From assembly GCA_977030845.1 (NCBI GenBank), contig OZ365111.1, positions 8,990,001-9,054,000 on the forward strand: a DNA stretch of 64,000 nucleotides, read 5' to 3'. The notes below the pieces were generated by a model, which saw nothing but the letters and a program-made list of their open reading frames with translations, ran no database searches and was not told where the DNA came from. Below are positions 13,693 to 26,777 of the stretch, piece by piece. Source of the stretch: Fimbriosthenelais zetlandica (Eukaryota). How positions within the stretch are numbered: the first letter of the stretch is position 1; each line of letters starts with the position of its first letter. A program made the translations under genes and the position numbers.

Positions 13693-13706
13693 GTTGCCAT
13701 AGCAAC
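13693..13706. promoter_or_regulatory. RFX X-box motif GTTGCCATAGCAAC
   Basis: Canonical X-box upstream of, or intronic to, the SERTA gene. Confidence 0.4.
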
Positions 13707-14325
13707 TGTAGAGGGTAGACCCCCTAGACTTGACCACAACTGCTTGGCCACACCACTAACCATACTCACACCCACTCACCAGGCACCCACCAGTTTCCCC
13801 CCTAGACTTGACAACAAACCCCTTGGCTATATATAATTCTTTTGAATAATCACTTATTGTGTCAAAGTAATCAATTTCAGGCTAATGTTTTTAAATATGA
13901 GAGAACAAAACTAAACTCTGGATAGGTATTACAAATTGTAGATTCAGATATTCTCTATTTTATACTTAACTTAATTCTCTCAGTGCCAGGAGGCATATAA
14001 GTTTCACTGTTACATGTGGACTCAAATGCTTCAATTACAGAGATGTGTCATTGCTTTCATTAAAAAGAAGCTGAACATTTAATTTTGCAATCGATCTTCT
14101 CATTGAATAGAGGCCATTGTTATGATTGACCAGCAGAGTTATTCATTGAATAGTTCAAATAAAAAATAGGCTTAATGAAAGAAAGGCTTAGGCAAGTCCA
14201 CTAATCCTTAGCCCCTCCAAGTGAGCAGTGGAGGGCGGGGGGGGGGGGGGGGGGCTGCTGCAGGTGCTACCTTGACCTTCATGTTTTAAATATTGTGTAT
14301 TGTAGGCATTAGAAAAAACAATGAC

Positions 14326-14614
14326 TGGAATGCATAATGCAATACATGTATGCAAAGGTCTATTTATGTGCTTCAATCTATCTAAGTCATACTAAGCTCT
14401 ATCTTTAAAAATAAACTTGACAGAGTGAAAAAAGCATGAAAATATTGACCAATATGGAAAATATTAAAAAATTCATAACAAATTAACTTATGAGTGGAAT
14501 GCATAATGCAATATACGTATCAACAGGTCTTTTTATGTACTTTCATTTATCTAATTCATTCCAAGCTCTATCTTTTAAAGTAAACTTGCTGGATTGAATA
14601 AACTGAAAATATTG
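14326..14614. repeat. Diverged direct tandem duplication, period about 169 bp
   Basis: TGGAATGCATAATGCAATA...AAGCTCTATCTTT...AAACTTG...GAAAATATTG occurs at 14326-14447 and again at 14495-14614. Confidence 0.85.
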
Positions 14615-14659
14615 GGTTAATTACTTTTTACATCATTGTTTCATCATGTTTTGTCATGA

Positions 14660-15170
14660 AAATAAACAAAAAGAAATGACCACCTTATAAATAACAGCCA
14701 AGGGTAACTCATGTACTAAGTGTTTTTTTCTCAGAATAAAAACCAGGAAGGAGATCGATTTTAAGTGATTTCATCCCCCTGACCTAATTCCACGTAAATA
14801 ATTAGGTCAAAGGTCAAATATGTAGGTCAACTTATGGTCCATCATGTATCTTTACACTACATACCATTCATCTTATTCTAGATCCTCATGGGTCCCAACA
14901 AAATTACAATCAAATTTTACCAATTTGGCTGGTTTGGTGACGTCATGTGACGTCATGTGATGACGTATGACATCCATTCATCACATGTGATCACTTCTTA
15001 CTATGGTCTACAATATGTGTGAAAACCAGATTCCTAGCTCTAATATAAACCCGTTTTTCATCAGTTGTCTAACTACAACAATAATAAAAAAAAAAAAAAT
15101 AATAGTGTAGAACAACGAGCACAAAATCTACAACCCCATTTTCCCCATAAAGGGGAAATGGGATTAATTT
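14660..15170 (+). mobile_element. Putative non-autonomous Helitron/Helentron-like (HINE-type) repeat
   Basis: Internal AGGTCAAAGGTCA (14804-14816), a TGACGTCATG microrepeat (14939-14972), an (AAT)n/A-rich tract, then a terminal hairpin CCCATTTTCCCC-ATAAA-GGGGAAATGGG (15135-15162). This layout resembles rolling-circle-derived non-autonomous elements of marine invertebrates. Boundaries are approximate and there is no coding remnant. Confidence 0.45.
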
Positions 15171-18100
15171 GTTTGGGGTTTAACTTCTGCATTCCCCACT
15201 TAGGAGGAGGATATTGCTGAGGTTAAGAGGAACATGACGTTCCATCACAAAATAATGTGGACGATAAATAAATGCCTATTCCTCATCCTTACCACAAACT
15301 AAGAGCATGGCATATAGTATTGTTAGAGACGCAAATATCCATAGTTTATCATCACCGAATAATGCAGGATGTAATGGAATATTTCCCATGGACATTTGCC
15401 GTCATTTCTTTTCAATCCCTGGAGAGCCCCACGTGATTTCAACCTATGTCTTAAACAGGATAAACAGCCCAGGCATGGCTTGGCAAATCAGTAACTAAGA
15501 ATTGTGAATTTCTATAGACTTAGTCCTTCTCTTACACTACAGCTGCAAAACAAGGTCTCAACCACCTCCGGTGGGATGTTTTGCTGGGAGTCACCGAAAG
15601 GGGGAGTAATAGCAGAAGCCTCGTTTACTTCAGTGATCATGAAGTCAGTGACGTCACTGGATGATGACAACAGGTTTTTATACGAGTATTTAGATGTAGC
15701 GCCAGGCCACATACTCGTGGGCAAGCTTTTTACTCGATATTCACATATCCATGTTGGTTTAGAAAGGAAACCAATGGATGAATGTATCAAATAAGTCCTC
15801 CATACTTTTAAAGGCATTATTTACTCCTAGAAAATTCCTTAACTTGAAAATTTATTTCCCCTTGACAATTCTTAGCTTAAGAGGGCCAAGTTTGCGTGCC
15901 TCCAAGTTAAATCACATGATAGTGAGGATTCTGTCATTATGAATATAATAATTGAAATAATTGAAAAAAGCTTTAGTAATTTACAATCTAAGACTTTAGT
16001 ACATTTTTTCATATCTGATCCCTTTTGTTTTAGAACTATCCCCCACACTTGGTACTGTAGTTCTAACCTACTGATCATCAAGTGCATGTTAAATTACCCT
16101 GTGGTCAAAACAATTGCAAAGTCTCAAGGCAGCTATTAAAATTTCGAACATAAGGATCTCGAATGCAGCCTAGGGGTGCACTGTATCAGTTGCACATCAT
16201 ATTATATTATATCGATTTCTTTCCAATTTGACAACTCATACTGAACTCAAACAACTGTGTCAGAGAAAGCCGGTTATCAGGTTGGAGTCGTCCTCCTATG
16301 GAGCTAGCACTGATAAGACTAACCTGGTTATGATTCCTAACACTGCATGTATAGAAATGTAGGAGAGTGTGGAGAGAGGAACCACGGAAGGCTTCCTACC
16401 ATGCATGAAGGATCTTACTTGGAAGACACTTCGGCACGTCACTACTTACCTGACCTTACCTCACTAATTAAGAAACCTTCATATATGACCTGCAACACCC
16501 AACATTTTCACAGGCAGAAAAATGCTAATTTTCAAATAATTGCTAAAACTGATAGGCTACACACTCCGGTTCTCACATCATCAGAGTTGAATGTGATTGA
16601 AATCAAAAGTTGAATTTGATTGAATAAGAAATTCCCCTGATACTTCATAGATGAGGTTATGGTCGTCTAGCTATTGGATTCTGTGGCACCGCTTATTTAG
16701 AGAAATGGGGAAAGCAGACCGCCCATCCATATCAGGCTAGTGTAGTGAAGAAGACTGATCGGATGGAGTGTATTGTATGGACTATGGAACTTCATTTTGA
16801 TAGCAGGAGTCTGGCCTCTCTGCCAATGTCTAGCCTGCCTGTTCTTATTGCTAGCTATAGCACAGGAGGGCAGGGATTACATGCAGGCTAGGTCTAGACA
16901 ATGCCATGGTACACACCCTGGCAGGGCATAATATGTCCTTTGAGACAAATATCAAGTATGAATTATTACTCGATTTATTTAACCAAGCCCTCCTCTCCTC
17001 TCAAATTAATACATCGAGGTCTGGACTTATTCTAGTGGACATGCTTTCAGTTTTTAATTGGCACCCAAGACCGGTAACCCAGTGCAAAGGTTCTACCAGA
17101 TAAAATGGACGATGCCATATATTATCTTAATATTACATATGCGAGCTGTGCATTGTCAATACAAAAACTTTCCATTTTTTTTACCCAACATTATTTATAG
17201 GAGTGGACACTATCACACATTATGTGTATGGCAATTGATGTAAAATTACCCACCCCCCACCCACTACTGAGGAGGCCGACCAATCGGCACTACTACAATT
17301 TCAATACCATCATCAATTCTGGACTCAATGTTAGGGCAGATTGGGTATTAATTTTCATGAAATTCTAATAATAGAATATTGACGTTTAATATATAAAGTT
17401 TCTATTATAGGCGACGCAACGACGTCATAAGAATATTGGGGATGTTTAGGTTCATCTAGAAGCGTCGTCGTCTGCTAGGCGTCAGCACAGGACTTGCATT
17501 AGTCAATGACACGATTTCTGAGTGTGAACGCCGATCGGGAAGGCCCGCAACCGCTACCGTCTGCAGATACTTGCTTTCCAAGCCAATACTGCTGCCTCCT
17601 CTCCTACTATACTCTGCTCCAGCGAGGCCTGCATTGAACGACATAATCCATAAGCCATGTCACGAGCTTCGCTCCATAGAAATCGGCGAGGAGTATACTG
17701 CTCTCCTTTACCTCCCGCTCAACAACTGTAGGCTTGGAGTGTGAGGACGGGCAGGCGGGCGGGGGTCTCCTACTTAGTATTCCTACTTCTAGTGGAAAAT
17801 ACCAGCTCTTGTTTAGGTCTAGAAATCACAATATTTACTGATAGGAAAGTAACTGAGCTTTTAGGTTTAAGTCAAATTAAGGACAATTCAAGGGTTGTTC
17901 ATTCTTAGACTACTTAGTCTAGGTCTGTCATTCTGGTTAAGATTTTGAGACCCCAAAATAGAATATTTTTAGACAAAGGAAATGACTTTCCTGTATCCAA
18001 CAACCAACAGAATTCAACGAAACTAAATGACCAAAACATTGTCCTAGTTGTCTCTTGGGTGGAGTACCATGTATGATTGGATCTTATTAGAACGAGACCG

Positions 18101-21100
18101 ATATGCACTCACTCAGTGCCTCCACGAGCCTCCAGTGGAATTCTTTGTTTCCATTTACCATGGAATGATTTATCACCAACACGACCTAAAAGAAGATATC
18201 CCCAATTTGGAGACAAAGACCCAACCACATGGACAACACCATGATGTGCATTTCTATTCTGAATTAGAATACGAAGAGAAAATTCTTCTTAATCGAGAAA
18301 TTTACAGTATATATGATAAAAGCAGAATGTATAAATTAACATGTTGTCAGGGAGTGCTGCTTGCTTCTCCCTCCCTCCGCTCATGGCGCTAGTGAGGCGC
18401 GGTAGTGTGGAGGTGGTGGCGTCTCTTCGACCCAGTTCCGCGCCACACAAACAAGGAACGCTGAGTGCAAAACAACTAGGCTTTCCCAAAAGAGGGCGCC
18501 ACCATCAGCAGCACGACCTGGCGCTGAATTATAGCTCAGGCAGAGCAGTAAAAGCTCGCATTTTGTCCAGGCGCTGACAATGAAAGCAAAATCACTTCGT
18601 GCCCAAATCATGAGAAACAGAATTACTAGGGTGACGATAAAGTTTCCCCTCAGAGTATTTTTCAAAGTAGGAAGAGAAGCAGTAGGCTGAAGTCTTGGTG
18701 GTTGGTTATAAGGCAATGCAGTACACCAGAGACGAGATCACGAATATGGAGCAACAGTATTGATCCATCTTGCTACACATCTGGCCTCCCCAACATTCTA
18801 TCAAATACAGGAACAGACAATATGTTCTATCCACCACTCTCTCTATCAGCCTCTCCGCCACCCAAATAGGCCATAAGCAGGTCTAAAATTTCACTCAATG
18901 AAAAATATTTTCCAGAATTTCTTATCAGAACCTCAGGCAATAATAACCTTCAGTTATTTCGAATTTTACATCCAATTAAATGTAGGAGATAATTGGTATA
19001 CATGTTGTATATAATAAACTTAAGCAAATTTCTTCTGGAAAATAGAAAAAGTGATAATCCCACACACTTCTCCCTCCCAGTAGTTGTTTTGAGCGGGGAT
19101 AATTTCATACACAACAGCACATGGAGCTTTCCACGTAGAACCACTAGGCTCACTAGCGCCCCTAGCTAAAGCGGCGCAGAACGGTACTATGCAGGCCAAA
19201 GACCCCGCTTCCCTCGCTCTCTCTCCCACCCACCAACATCCTGTTAGGTGCTGGTCGTAAATTTGTGTTTGCCTGTGGTGCTGGGGATCCAGTCACGATG
19301 GATCCAGTCCTACAATATCAATATAAGCTTCAATGTCCACTATTATGCTTAATTAGATCCGTACATTTATCAAATGGTCACAACCATGTCCAGCATGGCT
19401 GAAAGAATTGAACAGACCAATTGCTTATTGCTTAGACTTGCCTTGATGAAAATTAAAGACCAATAGTTTAATTATCCAAATATCACAAAACAAGTATACT
19501 AGTAATACACACTGGAAAATCCAGGTTGGACATGCAAACTTGGATAAGATAATTCACTACTTTCTACGATATATATAATGGAATGCCTGTTGCAAGGTTT
19601 TGTCAGTTAATATAATTCAAGCTGACAAATATGTAATATACTTCGATTTGTCAGCATATATATTTTATCTACATATATTTATCTGAGGGTACAATGTTGT
19701 TATTAATACTGACAAATGCTGATGAAATATGCACAAATAAATTTTAGACATTCGTTTCTAAATTATAAAAAGCTTTGTTTCAAAGTTTCCTCAGCTAGAG
19801 GAGAATGGTTTTATAGGAGGGGAGAGATGATTTTCAGTACATGCAGCAGAAGCAACGCTCACAAGCTTACAACCAGCTTGGTTTTCTGGGTCACCACTAG
19901 GCGGACTCCCTGTTCAAAGGTGGCTTGAACTGGCAGTGGGCCAAAGCGCAGCGATGATAATGAATATTCATAGGGCATTCTTAGTACAGGTGGATGGTTG
20001 TTAAACTGCTCTACTTTATGGGTATATTTTCATGTATGTTTAGTTTTAACAGAAACATACATGTAAATCTATATATCATGTAAAATATCTACCAACCATG
20101 CAGATATATTTTCCCATCTATGTATATTATATGGCGATTCTTGGCGAACATTAGTCAAATGAAAATAGTAACATAATTTGTAGCAAACACTACGCCAAGT
20201 TTAAATTCATAGATAATAAATTGCTCCTATAGTACATAAATACAAGTTGGTACCCAATAATTAGTTGAAAACAATTTGAAATATATTTAAGACATAAAGG
20301 ACTCGTATACAGAATTCAAGATAGGTTCCGCTCCCTGTATTCTAAAGTCTATTAATGAAAGGATTGTCACTCGTAACTTTATGAACACGTGTCAATGGAA
20401 AATATCTTGCCAAACCAACAATTTCTGGAAACCAAGAACCGATCAAGAAAACGAAAATCTTGGCCTCCACATAAATGTTGGAATGAATTAACTAGTGAAC
20501 CTTGCTACAGTGTAAGTGGGAGCTGACGGTAGTATATAGCACAGAAAAAGCTCTGACCTATCTCGTTCCCATTTCACCCGTGTTAGGAGGGAGTTGTCTC
20601 CACAAAGCATCCCCCAAACACAAGGGGGCGCTACAGTCAATTAAATGACACCAAAATACTACAAGAATCCCTCAGAAAGAAACTCTTCAGTATTATAGCA
20701 TACAAGGTTATATGGAAATTTAAAGTGTCAAGGATTGAGACAGATTCAGAGAATTTGGGTGCATGGTTGTTGGAAAATAGCTGGGATGTAATAAGAGTTC
20801 AGATAGGGGACTCCCCTAGTTTGGTTAGGCCCGGACAAGGCGTCACCAAGCACGCTGACTCAGAGCCTCCCTACCCCGGGTCTTTGACACAGATATAAAC
20901 TTTGTACCGTCAGGCCGAGGATGGGAGCATGCTATGATTCACTCCTCCTCCTAACCCACCCGTCCTAACTATTTTCCAAAAACTACATGGAAGAGAGCAT
21001 ATTTATAGATTACAAGTCATGTTGTACATACTAGATTAACACTGGTATCTATTCCTTCTAAAGTGAGCATTGCATTAAAACAAACTTCATTCCCTATGGA

Positions 21101-24100
21101 GTTTTTTAACTTGACTTATTACCGTTAAATTAAGAAATATTTTGTGCAACAGAATAATATCCGATGCCTTAATCTAGATTTAACTTCTAATATCTCTTAA
21201 TTACACCATAAAAATACTATTTCTCAATAGTTCACAAATGGATGTACGGTATGCTATTGGTACCTTCAAGATGTATCTACATCCTTCGGTGCCATGGTTC
21301 AGATTCTTCTTCTGCTACTGCAAAGATGGGGACATAAGAATAAATACATGGAAAGTCTATCCTGACAGCATCAAATAAGTAATGGAAGGAAAATGAGAAT
21401 CCTAGCAAGACAGATAAAATCCTAGCCAGATCTCCATCTTTCCTGCAATAGAATGTCTACGAACTGAAAAGATAGCAACATGTAGCGCACAAGTAGTTCT
21501 TCATTATCACCGGACAATTTAGAACAAACCTACAAATTCTCCAACATGTATAATGGAAAACACCATAGAGAAAAGCTGTGAGAGGTATTTCATCTTGGCT
21601 TCTTGTGGGGAGGGTAAGATCCGGTTTCTGTAATTAGCAGGATCCTTTACATGTTAATACCATGGAGAAATATACTGAATATTATGTAAGGTATATAATA
21701 TTGGTGGGGAAAAAATCAACAACTTTCCCTAGGGTAGAGACTGGACAATTCATTGAAAGAATTCCAGATTTATAGTCTTGGAGGTTGCACTGATTCAAGT
21801 AAATCAATTGACTTTAAATATACAAACCTTCAGGACCAACATCATTATTAGTGGAAATTATATATCGGGTATAAGACACACAACCTGCGCAGGTTAAAGC
21901 ATGTATAAAAGTCACACTGCGACGCAATAGAACACTTGGACACTGCATTAAAACCATTAAAAATTGTATTCTATTTAGTGAAAGGCAAGGATAGCATTAT
22001 CACCCAAATGTTAACCAACAGTTGCAGATATTGGTCAAAATATACATGTCTACAGGTTTCATAACGATGGTGTGTGTGTGGGGTGAGGGGGGGGGGGGGT
22101 GGATGTGGGTCTCCTATAGAGAAAGACAAGTGCTGGAACCCTCTCCTAGACACCATTAGGAGAATATTATTACATTTAACATAGTTCATTAACAATTCTA
22201 TATATGCGTATAATAGTGCAAGGGAAAGATAAGGAACATAGTCAAAAGCGCTACATTTATGATTAGTGGTTTGGGGCAGGGATGAGATCTTGGGCTGGAA
22301 TCTTCACCACTAGCCATACGTGTAGGAGTTATTCCATAGCGCTGCTCCACTACTTGGCAGCAACAGCAGCCAGCATCCGTCACTACCTCCCTTCCCTCAT
22401 AGCCTACAAGAGGGAGAGCAATAGTCTACAGAGGCAAAACATATCTCATCCCATATTTCCTACTACCTGTTCACATAGACACCATCAATGACGTCTTTCT
22501 CACTGCACATTTAATAGAACCTTATAAAGCAAATTAATAGGGGACTCCAATGGAAATGCCATGAGGCTAGGAATTGGAGAGAAATATAACATCATGCTGC
22601 CAGCTTGTCTCCTTGATATATCGATTTTCTCGTTATCTAGCAGAAAAGACACTGACGAAAGGTTAAATAGTATTCCATGGAAACGGAATGGATTGCCTTT
22701 TACTAAATAAAATATTGTACACAAATTATTTCATGATTAACAGCTAACTTCTAATTGGTGACAAGGCCGATTAGAACACAGTTGGCAGAATTTCTTACCA
22801 CAAAATTCAAATGACAAGTACAGGGAAATAATGACTGAAATTAATTCAGTCGAGAAATGTTCCAGTACACAAACGAGAGATATAATTGGTTCTATGTATA
22901 TTGAGGAGGAATTAAGACATCATGTAAAAGCAAGAATAGGGAGAGAGGGAATGCAAGCACATTTCAAATGAAGCAGTGTTATACACCCACTGCTGTGACC
23001 CCAGGCTATGTGGGTCGGGGCGATAGGTGTAGGTTTCAATACTGTGGCCACTCAATGGTCAGCCCAGCGATTATACAACATCCGGCCAACAGCAGCCCAG
23101 CACACAGACCAACGGTCATTCTAGGACTAGGGTCGGAGACTCAATACACAGTTTAGGCCCAAAAGTCACTGTTTCAAACTTGGGAAGTTGGGTGTGAAAA
23201 TGTCAATGTGAGAAATATTAAATCACGAACTCGTTAACGGGAAATAGTATTTCCATAGAAACCCAATCAAAAGTAGGAAATATTTTTCACAGCAAAGGAA
23301 AATGCTGGATACTATTATTTGAGGGTGACATTGGCATTTAATTAACAGCAATGTAGGCCTAGTCCACACACATGAAGTTCAATATTACTAGGCTAGAGAC
23401 CAGAGTCAAGAGATAAGAATGCTAGCTATTAATATTAGGAATGATCATGCAGTCAATAGTGGGTGGGTGGATGGTGTCATGAAATTTTCTTCTACAACTG
23501 CCCACACTGACTGCTTGGGGGCAGCATAGTGCAGTAAAGCAACCACCTCCACAACCCACAGCTGGGGCCTACAAGACCGACCGCAGCGCTAGAAATGAGG
23601 CCATGACTATCCCTAACGTTAAACCCCGAAACCAACACTACATGTACCGTACCCAACATCCTCCGACCGAGTACAAAAACACACAACACATCAACAGCCT
23701 GACATTAAAACACTTCTCAATTGTCACAGTATCAATCATTATGGCACAGAATATGGGGTTACAATCTTTGAGCATATAAGTATAATGTGGTTGGATAGAC
23801 ACAATGCGTTTTGTCCAACCTCAATACACACTGCCTCGGCTGGGAACGGTAGCCATGTTCACAGAAGGCAGCAACTGAGCTCGCATTCAGCCAGTCAGCC
23901 CAGCCAAACCTTCTCCTATAGTGGTTAAAACATTGATTCTTGACTGGGAACGACGAAAATACATTAACGTTTGTCTGTCCATAACATTAAGGGTCCACAC
24001 TGAAGTAATATTGAATCAAACGGAGGCCATTTCAGTGGGTCTCCCAACGCACACAACGACAATGAATGTGGCTGCCCATGCCCAAGCATGGAGACCAAGC

Positions 24101-24148
24101 CAGCGGTGGTGCTAAACACAGTGAATGAGAAAGTTCGCAAGTACTCAC

Positions 24149-24660
24149 TTTGGAAGTTGAATCTGAAGTTTAAAACCTGTCGGAGACACTGGTATTAGTA
24201 GATAGTGACTGGGTAGATAAAAGGCGTGAAGGCCATCAACTTGTGTAGGATATCTTGGCGTATTTGGCGAACATTATAGATGAAGGTCTCATAGCCGTCC
24301 AGCTATCTCTCACCATAGTTCGTGATTGACGTTGTAAGCGCCGCCTCCACATTTGTTCACCACTCCGCAGAAATCAAAACATCCGACTGAAATAACATTT
24401 CATGATGTAGCTAAATAACTCTCTACGCACATTTACAACTTACTAACGGACCTGATATTTTTGTATTCGATAAAAAGATAGATTTGTTTTCAAGGGAGAA
24501 GAAAATTGATTGATTTTCGACCAATCAGAAGACAGATTCATCGGCACTCCGGCAGCAGGTGCCCGTTGCGCGTTGTTCGCATTAAACCCTAGATGGCAGC
24601 ATTGAACCAGGCCCGCAACTGACCCAGACACCACAGTCCCATGGCGAGATAAATCTGATG
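24149..24660 (-). promoter_or_regulatory. Putative distal promoter and first exon (probably of the SERTA gene)
   Basis: CpG-rich island with a CCAATCAG box (24521-24528) and ATGGC(G) YY1-like motifs, ending in an AAA|GTGAGT donor at 24149. I found no recognisable protein gene between here and the SERTA CDS. Confidence 0.45.
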
Positions 24661-26777
24661 ATGTTGCGACTTTGTTTTCTTGTTGGAAACATATAGGCAG
24701 AAATTAATCATGTAGTAAAATAATTTTCATAAAATGCGAATTAATATGCAGTATTTTTCTAAAGAGGGAAGACAACATTTGCATGTTCTGAGCAATTTCA
24801 ATTAGCAATTTCTGAGCTCCTATATATGTTCAATGATAATAATTCTTGAAATAATTATTTAATATCCACACAATTCAAACTTTCTGATACCAAATACATT
24901 TAATTTTAATAACCATTAGTTATTACAAACACACAACCCGTAGGCAAAAAGAATTTTTTTTTATGGAGAACAACACATGATAATAGTTTCATAATAGTAC
25001 ATTTTTATTTCAGTGATACTTTACATATATACACTTTACATAATAACATTCATATAATGCAGGAATAATTAAGAGAATCATGTATACATGTTATAGACAG
25101 TACACTATTGTTCCATGCTGATATATCATTTGATAAAGTAAAGAATTTAAAGAATCTCTGAAAAAATACTTTTGAATCGCATATATACAGCTGGTACGGC
25201 AATTCCACAATTTGAATAAACTTAGGTACAGCACTAGCAAAAGGCACAAAAAAGGGATGGGCATACAACGTACACATATATATATGGAGATGGATTCATC
25301 CATAGTCTTAAAAACGGAAATTATTTTTGAGAAACGAAACTAATCTCAAATAGTTCAATTCTCAAGCCGCAATTCAAATCTGGGATCTGTAGAACATCAG
25401 GAACAATTGTATAAGACGCAAATTTATGCTTTAAAAATGGTCATACTAGCATTACCAGCATGCTAGTCACCAAGAAATCGCAAATTCTACAGAAATCCCA
25501 GAGAAAACCCCTTTAATGATCGACCAGGGATTCAATCTCCTTATTTAAAATCGTTCCTCTATTACCGATAAGTGTATAATTTTAAATATAATCCGACTTG
25601 TGTCGACTACAGCCAGCCAGTCAAAATTACATGGTAAATTTCTTGAAAAGTTATGATTATATATTTAGTCTCCACTGCTAATGAATATACATGAGAATCC
25701 CGTTATTGGGGTAAATCTCTTATGATATCCCTGCGTGGAAAAAGATTTGTTTTTTTTAATACTAGCATAATCATTACACAGAATTCATCAGGGGTAAACT
25801 AGTATACCTTCATGTACCATAGATCTATGCATATTCTTACAAATATTCTTTACTAAATTACACACGGAAGGCAGTATCTTTAATAGTTTAATAGGTATTT
25901 ACATACGTAACTTCTAACCTTACTAACGGGATGGTATATCAAATATACTTCGTTTTAAATTAATGTTGTGATAGTAAGTATTATAAGTTAACAGTGATTA
26001 CACCAATTTCTAAATCGTTCGAAACATATAAATAAAGCTATCTCATATAAAATAGCCGAAATTCAGACTGGGGGATTTCAATTCATCAACATTCAGCACC
26101 AATGCCGTATACAACCTATATTTTTTAAACTGAATTAAAAATAATATGAATGTTATAGATGTCCGAGGCTGAGAGAGATACAGACTTTAAACAGAGAGAC
26201 TTTTTTTGCCAGGTTTTGAACAGAATTTCATACATTTGGTGTGTACGCCCTGTCTAACAACACACATTATAAATGATTCATTATAATATATCAACCATCA
26301 CAAGGGGTCCTCATGCATTCAAATTCTTGACCAGATATATAATTATTATTCCCAATAAAACTGATAATAGATTTGTGTTGTGGTTGATCACAAAGTTAGT
26401 ATCACCACAAACGCGACAAAGCAATAACAAATACATGTATTTCCTAGTGCGATATTATACAGTTCTTTAAAAAGGCAACGTAATTTTAGTCTTTTCTGCA
26501 AAGTTTCTTATATAATTAATATCGGGAAATCATTGATACGAATAATAAACTTAACAAAAGCAAGTGACACTTAGCAAGAAAAAACACGAGAAAAGATGGG
26601 ACAAATCATACGGATATACATGTATTGAAAACGAAAGAAACCCTCCCCTTACATAGCAGGACCAGTCATTTGTAAACAAAATTTAAATTTAAAATTACAA
26701 GTTAATATGGGTGTCCTAATCCAGGACGGTCCGCAATCATTCGTAGCCCAGGAAATAATATATAAAGTGTTAAAGTC

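Noticed and set aside
15504-15817. Overlapping roughly 100-aa ORFs on both strands, possible transposon remnant
   Set aside because: I recognised no transposase, RT or other motif.
16441-16452. U1 snRNA-like ACTTACCTG (several occurrences)
   Set aside because: These are reverse complements of splice-donor consensus sequences, and the rest of U1 is absent.
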